The notes under the pieces are model-generated. The model did no database searches. It worked only from the letters and a program-made list of their open reading frames with translations, and was not told the origin of the DNA. Of a stretch of 64,000 nt of DNA, positions 34,831 through 47,129 are shown in pieces (position 1 is the first letter of the stretch; the number at the start of each line of letters is the position of its first letter). The position numbers and the translations under genes were made by a program. The stretch covers positions 42,706,689 through 42,770,688 of the forward strand of contig NC_068991.1 in assembly GCF_001194135.2 (NCBI RefSeq), written 5' to 3'. The stretch comes from Octopus bimaculoides (taxonomy: Eukaryota).

Positions 34831-36794
34831 AAGGCAATTCAGTTAACTGAATATTGGAATACTTATTGTCAAAATCAATGTAGATCTATTTCCNNNNNNN
34901 NNNAATTCAGTTAACTGAATATTGGAATACTTATTGTCAAAATCAATGTAGATCTATTTCCTTTTATGTTATGCTTTGTATAAATGTATGTATGTATGTA
35001 TGCATGTATGTATGTATGTATGTATAAACATATGAATATATGCATATATCACTTCAATAATAATTTTATCACCTTGATAAGCATTTTTCAGTATCATCAG
35101 CTTTTATTTGGAACTCATAAACATGTGCATATGTATGTATATCTATCTCTCTATCTCTCAATCTCTCTATCTGTCTGTCTGTCTGTCTCTCTCTCAATAT
35201 ATGTATATACATATACACACACACACATATATATACTTACATATGAATGTGGGAGTTAGAAACACAGAAATAAAGAAGCATAGATGTGTGTATATGTAAA
35301 TATTCAATTTGATATATATACACTAGCTGAAATACAGGGAATTGACATTAACATCACACCATAATTTATTTAGATTATAGGGAAGTTTCTGAACAAACGA
35401 TAATTTTATTAACTACACAAACTCATTAAAGTAGCTTATATATGTATATATGCATATATATTTTTATATATATGTCTATATCTATCTAACTATCTTTCTA
35501 TCTATCTATATGTGTGTGTGTAAATATAGATATATGTATATATAAATATAAATATATACATATATAAATATAAATATAGATGTATATATATATGTGTATA
35601 TATGTATGAGTCTCTGTGTGTGTGTGTGTGTGTGTGTGTTTGGAAAAGTTGTTCTCAAAGCACAAATAAAGTTATAGATGATATATATTATATATTGTTG
35701 TTTGGATATTAAATTAAATACTTATATACACACACATCCATTCATGCATCCATCTATCCATCCATCCATTCATCCATTCTTCCATTTCATGACAAATGTA
35801 TGCATGTATGTAGATATGTATGCATGCATGCATGTATGTATGTATGTATGTATGTATGTATGAATGCATGTATGTATGTATATATGTATGTATGCATGCA
35901 TGCATGCATGTATGTATGTATACATGTATGTACTATACTTTAAATATACACTTAATTTAAATATATATATNNNNNNNNNNNNNNNNNNNNNNNNNNNNNN
36001 NNNNNNNNNNNNNNNNNNNNNNNNNNNNNNNNNNNNNNNNNNNNNNNNNNNNNNNNNNNNNNNNNNNNNNNNNNNNNNNNNNNNNNNNNNNNNNNNNNNN
36101 NNNNNNNNNNNNNNNNNNNNNNNNNNNNNNNNNNNNNNNNNNNNNNNNNNNNNNNNNNNNNNNNNNNNNNNNNNNNNNNNNNNNNNNNNNNNNNNNNNNN
36201 NNNNNNNNNNNNNNNNNNNNNNNNNNNNNNNNNNNNNNNNNNNNNNNNNNNNNNNNNNNNNNNNNNNNNNNNNNNNNNNNNNNNNNNNNNNNNNNNNNNN
36301 NNNNNNNNNNNNNNNNNNNNNNNNNNNNNNNNNNNNNNNNNNNNNNNNNNNNNNNNNNNNNNNNNNNNNNNNNNNNNNNNNNNNNNNNNNNNNNNNNNNN
36401 NNNNNNNNNNNNNNNNNNNNNNNNNNNNNNNNNNNNNNNNNNNNNNNNNNNNNNNNNNNNNNNNNNNNNNNNNNNNNNNNNNNNNNNNNNNNNNNNNNNN
36501 NNNNNNNNNNNNNNNNNNNNNNNNNNNNNNNNNNNNNNNNNNNNNNNNNNNNNNNNNNNNNNNNNNNNNNNNNNNNNNNNNNNNNNNNNNNNNNNNNNNN
36601 NNNNNNNNNNNNNNNNNNNNNNNNNNNNNNNNNNNNNNNNNNNNNNNNNNNNNNNNNNNNNNNNNNNNNNNNNNNNNNNNNNNNNNNNNNNNNATTTCTG
36701 TTCTGTTGATCAATGTACTTAATATTTAGATTAAAACAGCAGTATATTATGCTGGTTGGATTGGTGAAATATGTATTATAAACATTATTGTTAT

Positions 36795-36804
36795 AATGAT
36801 GATG

Positions 36805-36865
<61 letters not shown>

Positions 36866-37001
36866 CAATAACAACAACAACAACAACAACAACAATAATA
36901 ACAATAACATAACATCAATAACAATAATAATAATAATAATAATAATGATGACAATAATAACAACAACAACAACAACAACAATAATAATAATAATCATAAT
37001 C

Positions 37002-37032
<31 letters not shown>
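36795..37032. repeat. Compound (AAT)n/(AAC)n microsatellite
   Basis: Direct reading; tail of the adjacent SINE D. Confidence 0.95.
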
Positions 37033-37230
37033 GCATTTCTGCTTAAGGCACATGACCTGAAATTGGGGACTAGTCAATTACATTGACCCCAGTACTCGAC
37101 TGGTACTTTATTTTATTGATCCTGAAAGGATGAAAGGCAAAGTCGACCCCAGCAGAATTTGAACTCAGAACATAAAGCTGGATGAAATACTGCTAAGCAT
37201 TTTGCTCAGCATACTAACAATTCTGCCAGC

Positions 37231-37277
<47 letters not shown>

Positions 37278-37636
37278 GGCCTGAAATTTGGGAGAAGGGA
37301 TTAAGTTGATTGCATCGACTCCAGTGCATAACTGGTATGTATTTAATCGACCCCTAAATTTCTTGGAGGGCAGGGGGCTTGTCAATTATATCAAGCCCAA
37401 TGATTGACTGGCATGTATTTCATCAACTCCAAAATGAACTCAGAACATAAATACAGGCAAAATGCTTAGCGGCATTGTACTCAGCATGGTAATGATTCTG
37501 CCACCTCACCACCTTAATAATAATAATAATAATAATCATCATCATCATCATCATCGTTTAACGTCCGCTTTCCATGCTAGCATGGGTTGGACGATTTGAC
37601 TGAGGACTGGTGCAACCGGATGGCTACACCAGGCTC

Positions 37637-37670
<34 letters not shown>
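37033..37670 (-). mobile_element. Two SINE D copies and a truncated C, separated by (AAT)n
   Basis: D at 37035-37230 and 37278-37515; C tail at 37535-37637. Confidence 0.8.
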
Positions 37671-37671
<1 letters not shown>

Positions 37672-37676
<5 letters not shown>

Positions 37677-38232
37677 GCTCTGATGCAGTGCCAGGCAGTG
37701 GTTTTCATGGTTTCTTATCTTAACTGATTGGAAGTGTTATCGTGTACATTGTTTTGTTTAGGTATAAAAGATGGGCTACAACAAATATTCTGTTCAATAC
37801 CACAGATTTGCTTGTCATTTATTTGACCTTAACCAGTTGAGCATTTCCCTTAGAGGCTGGCAATATGTGCAGCTCTGATCATGAGCAGAAGTAGTGGGCA
37901 GGGCGGGGTGCAAGTGTCGAAAGGAATTCTTTGGGGTTTGGATAATTCACCTTTGGAAATATGGGTGTTTCGTTCAGCATCCTCAAACAACCCTTATTCA
38001 GGGACCTTTTGAGCCGGATGGGCTACTCGACCTGAAGAAAATTCTAACTGGGCCCCTTCTACAAGATCATGCACTGTTTATCTTCTTGATATGAGATCAC
38101 CAAGTCACGCACATATGGTTGCGATGCATGTGCCTGGTGTACCCTTATCAGACGGGTAGTCATGATGGGTATACTGAGCTTCATATATTTTACCCCAGTG
38201 TCACTTTGATGGCATGTATTGCTCTCTCACTC

Positions 38233-38275
<43 letters not shown>

Positions 38276-38552
38276 GTTAATGCCCTGATGCAATACCAGG
38301 CAGTGGCTCTCATGGCTTCTGATCTTAACTGATTGGAAGTGTTATCATGTACATGCTTTGTCTTGGTGTTAAAGATGGGCTACAGCAAATATTCTGCTCA
38401 GTACCACAGATTTGCTTGTCAGTTGCTTCTCCTTAGCCAGTTGAGTATGTACTTTAGTGGTTGATGATATATACATCCCTAATCATGAGCAGCAGTAGTG
38501 GGAGAGCACCATAGCCATGTGTTAAGAGGGATTCTTTGGGGCTCAAATAATT
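37672..38552. mobile_element. Repeat family E: one copy of about 570 bp plus a tandem partial copy, both bounded by (AAT)n
   Basis: aatgc.ctgatgca.t.ccaggcagtgg..cttaactgattggaagtgttatc at 37675 and 38280; third fragment at 55070-55270. Confidence 0.8.
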
Positions 38553-38675
38553 CACCTCCAAAAACACATGATAATGCAAAGATCCTGTGGGATTTTATGA
38601 TTCAGTGCGACTATGAGATAGAAAATAGGAACCCAGACATAGTCTTAATTGAGAAAGAAAGTAAACTATGCTGGA
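38553..38675 (+). mobile_element. Restriction-like endonuclease (RLE) fragment of an R4/Dong/Hero-type non-LTR retrotransposon
   Basis: HDNAKILWDFMIQCDYEIENRNPDIVLIEKESKLCW matches the known KILWDFxIQxDxxIxxRxPDIV(L/I)xxK RLE motif. Confidence 0.8.
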
Positions 38676-38950
38676 ACTCAGAACATAATGTCAGAAGAAA
38701 TGCTGCTAAGCATTTTGTCCTGCAAGCTAACAGTTCTAACAGTGATTCTAATTTTGATGCAAGACCAGCAATTTAAGGTAAGGTGGGGGTGGATAAGTAA
38801 ATTACATCAACCCTAGTACTTGACTGGTACTTCATTTGAAAGGATGAAATACAGAGTCAACCTCGGTGGAATCTGAATTCAGAATGTAAAATGCTGGAAC
38901 AAATATAATTTTATTTGACATTCTAGCGATTCTGTTAGTTCACCACACTT
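38676..38950 (-). mobile_element. SINE D head fragment plus a diverged D copy
   Basis: gaactcagaacataa..tgctgctaagcattttg; aaggatgaaatacagagtcaacctcggtggaatctgaattcagaa. Confidence 0.7.
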
Positions 38951-39199
38951 AATTTACACAGCTTGTTTGTTGATAACTGAAAGTTAAAAATGAACCAAAG
39001 ATCATTCTCCTAAAGCAAATTATTATAATATATTCTTGTCATGAACTGATACTCTGCTGTGGCATAAACAAATATGTAATTGCTTTATGAGCTTCTTGTG
39101 TGATTCAACCCACTTCATAAAATATCGCACAACAGGTTATTGTTCATATAAATTGCAAAACCAAGTTTAAGTTTTATATAATATCTATTGTTAAGATTG

Positions 39200-39925
39200 C
39201 AAGAAATACTATCTCAGCAAGCTGAGAATGAAATAACCAAGTTGGTTTGAGAATGTGATACTAATATGGAAGACAAGCAGCACAGAGAACATAAAGGACA
39301 AAGATTCCATGATGAAATTGTAGAGGTTGGAGGAATATTTGACACCTGAATGCAATTCATAGTTGAAACCTACTTACTGTTCTTAGAATTTGTTATAAAT
39401 AGCACAGGTAAAAAAAAGACTGAACATTTTAAAAATGTAATATCCAAATTTGGTGCTTTAGATCCACAGCAGACAACACAGATAATGTGAATAATTAGAG
39501 ATTTTAGCAGACTGATATGTAGATGTCATCCATAGCCAAACTGAAATTGTACAAGATTTTCTTTCATTCAAAGACATGTACAAAGAGATAGTGAAGACTA
39601 GCAGTATGCCAAATTCAAGAGTCAAGCAACTGACTATCAGCAATAAACTTAAATTAATGATCACCAGTGACATGTATTCTATTTATCCTAACCTGTCCAC
39701 ATTGTACCATATTTTTCTAATCTTACTAACAACTAATGCAGTTGCAGAATGATCCATTAGCTAGCTTCAGCACATACAATCATATCTTCATTTTACAATG
39801 GATAATAAATTGTCTGGGTTGGACTTTCTCTCCATTGAAAGACAGATGGCAACGGAGATGGGTTATAATAAAGTAACAAATAACTATGCAAGAATGAAAC
39901 CTAGACAAAAGAAGTTGTTGTAGCA
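39200..39925 (+). mobile_element. Decayed hAT transposase C-terminus (hATC dimerisation domain)
   Basis: IYPNLSTLYHIFLILLTTNAVAE*SIS*LQHIQSYLHFTMDNKLSGLDFLSIERQMATEMGYNKVTNNYARMKPRQKKLL*, matching (F/Y)PNL..(S/T)A..ERSFS.L..IKSYLRSTM...LS.L..LSIE. Confidence 0.85.
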
Positions 39926-40384
39926 GTTACTGCATTTATTTTTCACATTTAAAATTCAAAGCAATTAAATAAAACATATGTATTTTATTGTTTTGATTTT
40001 AAATAAATATAATATAGATTTATGAGCTTACTCTACAACATTTTTTATTGTGTTTTAAATACCAATAAAAAAATCATAGTTCCTCTAAACCTGAATCTTG
40101 CTCGTATTCTGATTTTAAATACAAAATGATGATTATTTATGCATTTCCTTTAAAACTTATCTTCCTTGTGTTGCAATTTTAAATAGGCAAAACGAAAAAG
40201 AAAAGAATAAAAATTATTTGGGTATGCAACATAGCAGTGAGACATGGGCTGTGACTACTGAGGACATGTGAAGGTTTGAAAGAAATGAAACCAGTATGCT
40301 TGTCTGGAAGGGTAATATCAGTGTGTATATACAACTGAGTGGAAGTGATTTGAGAGACAAATTGGGTATACAAAGCATCAGATG

Positions 40385-40925
40385 TAGTGTGCACTAGTAC
40401 AGTCATATAATGTGTATGAATGAAGACAGATGCATCAAGAAGTGCTGATCTCTAATAGTGGAGGGAACGGGTGGAAGGGGTAGACCCAGCAAGATGGGGA
40501 ACAAAGTGGTAAGAAAGGTTCTTCAGATGTTGGGCCTCACAGAGGAGATGACAGGGAACCAAGATTCCTGTGCTTTGCTATGCTTGAGAAGACATGTCAA
40601 ACTAAATGAAATTGAGGTTGTCTTTGCATACAGGCATGTTCCCTGCATCCTTCTTCAGCTGAGCAATCCTAATCTTGCAGGTTGATGGGTGCTGGTGCCA
40701 TGTAAAATGCACCTGTGCTGGTGCCACATAAAAACACCTGTGCCAATACTGCATAAAAGCACCCAGTGCCCTCTGTAAGGTGGCTGATATTAGGAACAGA
40801 ATCCAGCCATAGAAATCATGTCAAAACATGCATGGAGCCTGGGCAGCTCTTCAGCTGACCAGCTGCTGTTAAACCATCCAACCAATACCAGCATGGGAAC
40901 CAGACGTTAAATGATGACGATGGTA
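40385..40925 (+). mobile_element. RTE LINE 3' end: ORF C-terminus continuing directly into repeat C
   Basis: HIMCMNEDRCIKKC*SLIVEGTGGRGRPSK..VVRKVLQMLGLTEEM, then C-type sequence (ggtgccatgtaaaa repeats, taggaac..atccagcc, gacgttaaatgatgacga). Confidence 0.8.
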
Positions 40926-41239
40926 ATAATAATGTGATCTGGAGCTTTTTTATGTGCTCATTCCCAAAAATTTTGGAACCTGGTAACTTTTATGCCTCAA
41001 AATACAACCTATTGTTTTCCAAAAAGATAATGTGAATTTAAAGGGGGAATAAATAACAGTGACAAAGATGCTAATAGCAATACAACAAGCAACAAGGACA
41101 ACATAACAACTGCAGTATTGACATCCTGAAACACTGTCAGCTACAACACTACTACATGGACACTATCAATTAAAACGTGACCAAAAACAATTCCATCAGC
41201 AAAACTAATGCTACTACAACCACAAACAGCAACTTAGTA

Positions 41240-42249
41240 AAGGAAATTTTAGGCAGTCAACTGACCTGCTAGAAATAGTAGGTAAATTCTGCAGAGACCT
41301 GTATAAAAAGAAATCCAAAGGAGCAATATCTGGTGAATTTGGAGGGTGGGGTAACAGATCTCAGCCGAGCTGCAGCAATTTTTGTCTGGTTCCCAAAGAA
41401 ATGTGCGGTCTTGCATTATCATGTTGGAAAACAACACCCTTCCTGTTGGTCAATTCTGGACGTTTCTCTTGAATTGCTGCTTTTAACTTGTCCAGTTGTG
41501 TGCAGTATTTCTCAGAATTAATTGTCTGGCTATTTGGGAGAAGCTCATAGTACAGAATTTCTTTCTAATCCCACCAGACACAAAGCAAGAATTTTTTAAG
41601 GTGAAGACCCGCTTTTGGGGTGGCTATGGGTGGCTCATGTCGCTTACTCCAGGATCGCTTTCTTTGACCATTTCGGTAGATAATCCATTTCTCATCACCT
41701 GTCAATATTTGCTTTAAAAAAGGCATGTTTTCAATCAGCTTATAAAGCGAATCACAGATGGAAATGCAATCCAAAAGGTTCTTCTCACTCAACTCAAGTG
41801 GTACCCAAACATCATAGCGATTTGTGTACCCAAGCTTTACCAGGTGCTCATGAACGATGGATTTTGATAGGTTGAGACTTTCTGCCAATTCTCGGGTTAT
41901 GCAATGTGGGTTATTCTCAATTAATGACTTGATTTGGTCATCATCTGTAGTGGATGGTCTGCCTGATCGCTCATTATCAATAAGGCTACAATCTCCAGCT
42001 CAGCACCTTGCAAACCACTTCCATACAGTTCTTTTGGATAATGAAACATCATCGTAAACTGCACATATTTCTTTGGTTGCTTGTGAGGCATTTTTCCCTT
42101 TACGGAAAAAGAAAAGCATCAAGTGCCAAAAATGAACTTTCTTATCTTCTATTTTAAAGGGTTACAGAATTAACACAGGTTATAGGAACATAAACCGTCT
42201 TCCACGAAAAGATAGCTTAAACTGTGCTCTAAATGGAGGTGTAGTCAAA
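41240..42249 (-). mobile_element. Decayed mariner transposon (Mos1-like DD34D group)
   Basis: ..RYDVWVPLELSEKNLLDCISIC..FLKQILTGDEKWIIY..KKFLLCVWWD and HPPNSPDIAPLD; 5' end runs into a gap. Confidence 0.9.
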
Positions 42250-42421
42250 NNNNNNNNNNNNNNNNNNNNNNNNNNNNNNNNNNNNNNNNNNNNNNNNNNN
42301 NNNNNNNNNNNNNNNNNNNNNNNNNNNNNNNNNNNNNNNNNNNNNNNNNNNNNNNNNNNNNNNNNNNNNNNNNNNNNNNNNNNNNNNNNNNNNNNNNNNA
42401 TGTACACATATATATATATGC

Positions 42422-42472
<51 letters not shown>

Positions 42473-42486
42473 TTCATGTGTGTGTA

Positions 42487-42518
<32 letters not shown>

Positions 42519-42879
42519 CATAAGTAACAACTGCATCTTAAGCAAAGCCACAACAAAGCAAATAAATTGATCGAAGTCAGTAATATCGCCATTTAAAATT
42601 TAAATATAATTTTGTAAATTCCCAAAATAACATGTTATTTAAGCCTTTCCCCCCTCTGCTCCACCCTAAAACATGGCAACAATAATGAAAAATACATTAA
42701 TAAGAAGTGAAAGAAACAGTTGTAATTTTAATAAAGTTCTAGAATTTCAGTAATTGCCATTTATACATATAGAATCAATACATTTGATGTCCTACATTTG
42801 AGTGGTGGGGGTGGAATTTACAACATATATGAAGCGTTAAACCTGGGCAGCAAATATGGGATACTCTGATGTACTCTTT

Positions 42880-43305
42880 GATCCATCATCATCATCATGT
42901 CATCATCATCATTATTATTTAATTATCTTTATGATTATCATCATCTATGCTGTTATTGTTGTTGTTGGCAATGCTGTTAATGTCTTTGTTATTGTCGTCA
43001 TAATCATCTGGGTCTTAGTGGTTGTGACTGTCTTCAAACACCTACATCCTCCTCATCATCCACTGGATCATCATCATCATCATCATCATCATCACCACTG
43101 TCATCATCCTCATCATCATTATCATCATCACCATCATCACCACCTCCATCACCACCTCAATCACCATCATCATGCTCTTTCACCTCCACTTCTGCCTCCT
43201 CCTCCCCCTCACCATCAGCATCAGCATCATCGTCTTTCACTGTCATCATTCATCATTATTGCCATCATCATCATCATCATCATCATTGTTTATCATCAAC
43301 AGCAA
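42880..43305. repeat. Compound (CAT/CCT/GTT)n trinucleotide low-complexity array
   Basis: Direct reading; produces the poly-His ORF 42856..43308. Confidence 0.9.
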
Positions 43306-43489
43306 TAACAGTAGTGACAAGTGCCTCATTGCATTGCTACATGTCTGGGTTAGATAGATCTATAACACAATGTATTTAGCTGCCCAATCATAGTTACCAT
43401 GAAACTTTCAGCTCATTGATATTGGCAGAAGGAATACCGAGTAAGTGACAAGGACTTCATTAGTTTACTGTCATTCTAAATTCTCTGCA

Positions 43490-43766
43490 TTTACTCTTTT
43501 ACTCTTTTANNNNNNNNNNNNNNNNNNNNNNNNNNNNNNNNNNNNNNNNNNNNNNNNNNNNNNNNNNNNNNNNNNNNNNNNNNNNNNNNNNNNNNNNNNN
43601 NNNNNNNNNNNNNNNNNNNNNNGAGCAAATTGACCCCAGGACTTATTCTTTGTAAGCCTAGTACTTATTCTATCCGTCTCTTTTGCCGAACCGCTAAGTT
43701 ACGGGGACATAAACACACCAGCACTGGTTGTCAAGCGATGTTGTGGGGACAAACACAGACACACAA

Positions 43767-43803
<37 letters not shown>

Positions 43804-43975
43804 CATATATATGATGGGCTTCTTTCAGTTTCCATCTACCAAATCCACTCATAAGGCTTTGGTCATCCCGAGGCTATAGTAGAAGACACTCGCTCAAGGT
43901 GCCACGCAGTGGGACTGAACCCGGAACCATGTGGTTGGTAAGCAAGTTACTTACCACACACCCACTCCTGCGCCT
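43490..43975 (-). mobile_element. SINE family B, full length, young (spans a gap)
   Basis: Head ggcgcaggagtgggtgtgtggtaag at 43975-43950; near identical to 10808-11253. Confidence 0.9.
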
Positions 43976-44089
43976 ACTCATATTTCACTATCATCCATAG
44001 CTTCACATGTTTGCATTCTTACAATACTAGTGGTTACCTATGGAAAATCCAGTGGTGATAAGAATTCAATTTTGTTATAGCACCCACGC

Positions 44090-44330
44090 CATTCTGTAAA
44101 CTAATTGGCATTAGGAAGGGCATCCAGCCATAAAAACCATGCTAAAACAGACCTCCCTGGTGCTGGTGCCAGTCCACTCTGTGAGGTGGTTGGTGTTAGG
44201 GTTATAGGAAGGGTATCCAAGTGTAGAAACAGTGCCAAAACAGTCAGTGAAGCCTGGTGCAATCTTCTGGCTAACCAGCTCCTACCAAACCATTCAACCC
44301 ATGCCAACATGCAAAACAGACGTTAACTGA

Positions 44331-44369
<39 letters not shown>

Positions 44370-44390
44370 TGATGACGATGACAACAATGA
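44090..44390 (+). mobile_element. Repeat C with (GAC)n/(GAT)n tail
   Basis: ttaggaagggcatccagcc duplicated; tail cagacgttaactgatgacgacgac. Confidence 0.75.
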
Positions 44391-44490
44391 AGATGAGTTA
44401 ACTACTTGTGGCAGTCTGTACTGCAAGAGAATAACTGAATAAAATACAGGTTCCTCTTTATCTTTTGAGACATAATAAAATATAACTCAC

Positions 44491-44522
44491 TAGTTGTCAC
44501 TGCAATCAGTGAGCAAGTTTGG
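44491..44522 (-). CDS. Weak candidate small exon (32 nt)
   Basis: Strong acceptor cctttctgttaacAG and donor CTA|GTGAGT; open as PNLLTDCSDN(x) (phase 0 to 2) or QTCSLIAVTT. Confidence 0.2.
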
Positions 44523-44904
44523 CTGTTAACAGAAAGGTTCGGCATTCAAGCCTGCCCAAGAATGGTTTACTTCTTTAAATATGAATTTTGACTATTTAAA
44601 AGATCCTGGGTCCATAAACATCTACATATACATTATGTTAATATCAGTGTCTCTGCTTCGACATTGACCCTACACTAATATTGTTGTGGCAGTTTCTATT
44701 TTAGTGGGGCACCCCAGGATGGCCACAGCCTCTGACTGAAACCAATAATAGAATAATAATAGAATAGTGCTGGGACCATGACAAGAGGCACCCAATACAC
44801 TCTTACTAAGTGGGGTCTGCAAGAGAAAAATTTCCAAAGTGAAATTGGCCAAAGCATTGTTGGTATATACAGACAGTTAAAGCTTCATTTCCATAGACAG
44901 AATC

Positions 44905-45295
44905 TTTAATCTTTTATCTTTTACTTGTTACAGTCCTTAGATTGTAGCCATGCTGTTGTACCACCTTAAAGAATTCTTAGTCAAATTAATTGACCCCAGC
45001 ACATTTTTTTTTAAGCCTGGTACTTATTCTTTCCGTCTCTTTTGCCAAACTATTAAATTACAGGAATGTAAACACACCAACACTGGTTGTCAAGTGGTGG
45101 TGGAGGACAAACACAGACACAAGAACACACACATAAGGTTTCTTTCATTTTCCTTCTACCAAATCCACTCACAATGATTTGGTTGGCCTGAAGCTATAGT
45201 AGAAGACATCTGCCCAAGGTGCCATGCAATGGGACAGAACCTGGAACCATGTGGTTGGAAAGCAAACTTCTTACTACACAGCTACACCTGTGCTT
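44905..45295 (-). mobile_element. SINE family B
   Basis: Diverged full-length match to 10808-11253. Confidence 0.8.
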
Positions 45296-45574
45296 ATATA
45301 ACTATTTCTTATCACTTTATATACTGAAGAGCTCCTTTTGAATTCATACAGCATGCAATATTTGATATGAGTCTCATCTAAACTCATTTTAAAAGGGTAA
45401 AATTGATATGAATTTAACTTTTATGGTAAATTGTAATCTACAAAGAACGAAAAAAAAAATAAAAAGCATCAGCATGTAAATTGATGCAAATTTTACTGTA
45501 AATATTGTAAAAGTACCTTCAAAAAAGATCATATGAAAAATGTGACAGGACTTTCTTTCTGACCTAATATAAAA

Positions 45575-46130
45575 AAGCTAGCACTCCATCAGTTATGATA
45601 ATAAGGGTTCCAGTTGATTTGATCAGTGGAACAGCCTGCTTGTGAAATTCACATGTAAGTGGCTGAGCACTTAACAGACACGTGTACCCTTAACATAGGT
45701 CACAGAGAGTGATATTCCCCCCGCCTTTAAAATACAGGTACAACTCGTTTTTGCCAGCTGAGTGAACTGAAGCAATGTGAAATAAAGTGTCTTGCTTAAG
45801 GATACAATGCGTCACTGGGAATCTAACTCATGACCTTACGATTGTGAGCTGATTACCCTAACCACCAAGTCACATGCCTTCACTAATATAACCTAATTTA
45901 ACCATGTTTGGAAACAAGCAAGGTTTGGCAATAAGAAGGGCATCCAGCCATAGAAAATCTACTTCAACAAGTTTTGTCTGACCTTGGCAAGCCTAGAAAA
46001 GTGAACATTAACAATACAACTGAATTAGATATTTTGATTGGTATGATCGAATAAAAGAAAAACAATAACTTGTTTTTGGTGCTCCAGCATAGCCACAGTC
46101 AACTGACTAGAAATACTAAAAGTATAAAAG
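45575..46130. mobile_element. SINE A (minus, 45575-45885), then C-like tail and B tail fragments
   Basis: agggttccagttgatt.gatcagtggaacagcctgc body; aagaaggggcatccagccatagaaaatct; gctccagcatagccacagtc. Confidence 0.75.
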
Positions 46131-46753
46131 TAGAGGATAAGTTCAAACCTTATTTTTAAAGTCATTTCATTTCCTTTAAATCAATGATAGTTTTTAGAGA
46201 AGAAAAAAAAAATGAGAATATAAAAGGCATGAACATCACATAATCCAATTTCCCCTCCATTTAAGAATGTAGGGCACTGTACCAATCTAAAAACACAAAA
46301 ATCCATATATTTGATCTCTTTTAAAGGAAAGAAAAGGTCCCATAGAAGATATTGAAGAATAAACCATCTCTCTCCCCTTCTCTCTCTCTCTCTCCCTATG
46401 AACACATTTATATTTAGGTTTATGTGTGCATGTGTATATGTACATGAGTGTGCATGTATGTGTGTCACTTAATTTCAAGGAGGAATGCTGCGATATAATC
46501 TCAGTAAGGAAAAAATGAGAACAAATAGGAGCAACGTTGATATTGACTGGTGTCATCTGCTTTTCTTTTCTTTTATTTTATGTATTATTATTATATTTTT
46601 TTTTCATACTTGTGTATTTATAAGTTTGCTGTTTCATTCGAAGAATATCAAATATCGTTAACACCATCACCATAATCAATCTAATTGCCATTGCTGCTGC
46701 TACTGCTACAGCTGCTAGTACAACTGTCATTCCCTATCACCATTATTACTACC

Positions 46754-46785
<32 letters not shown>

Positions 46786-47129
46786 CAACAACGTCACCAC
46801 CACCACCACAACCACTACCACTGCTACCACCATCATCACCACTACCAACATCTTTGCCACCAGCTACGTCATCATCAATATAAAGAAAATGGTCGATGAG
46901 TAGATCTGATCTAAGCTATTGATTTTATATGCATCATTGACCAGTGGAGGTGGGAGGGAAAGTCATTGAAGCCTGGAATATGAACCACACACAAATGTCT
47001 GACTGATTGGCTTTGATTTTCCTGTGATAGTGAGAGTAAGAGGAAAAACAGTCACAAAAGTAATAACAACATTTACAACAAAACAAGCAGCAGTATTAGT
47101 AGCAACAGCATGAAACCAAGCTTGAAGAC

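Noticed and set aside
42856-43308. Poly-His 150-aa ORF
   Set aside because: Translation of a (CAT)n low-complexity array.
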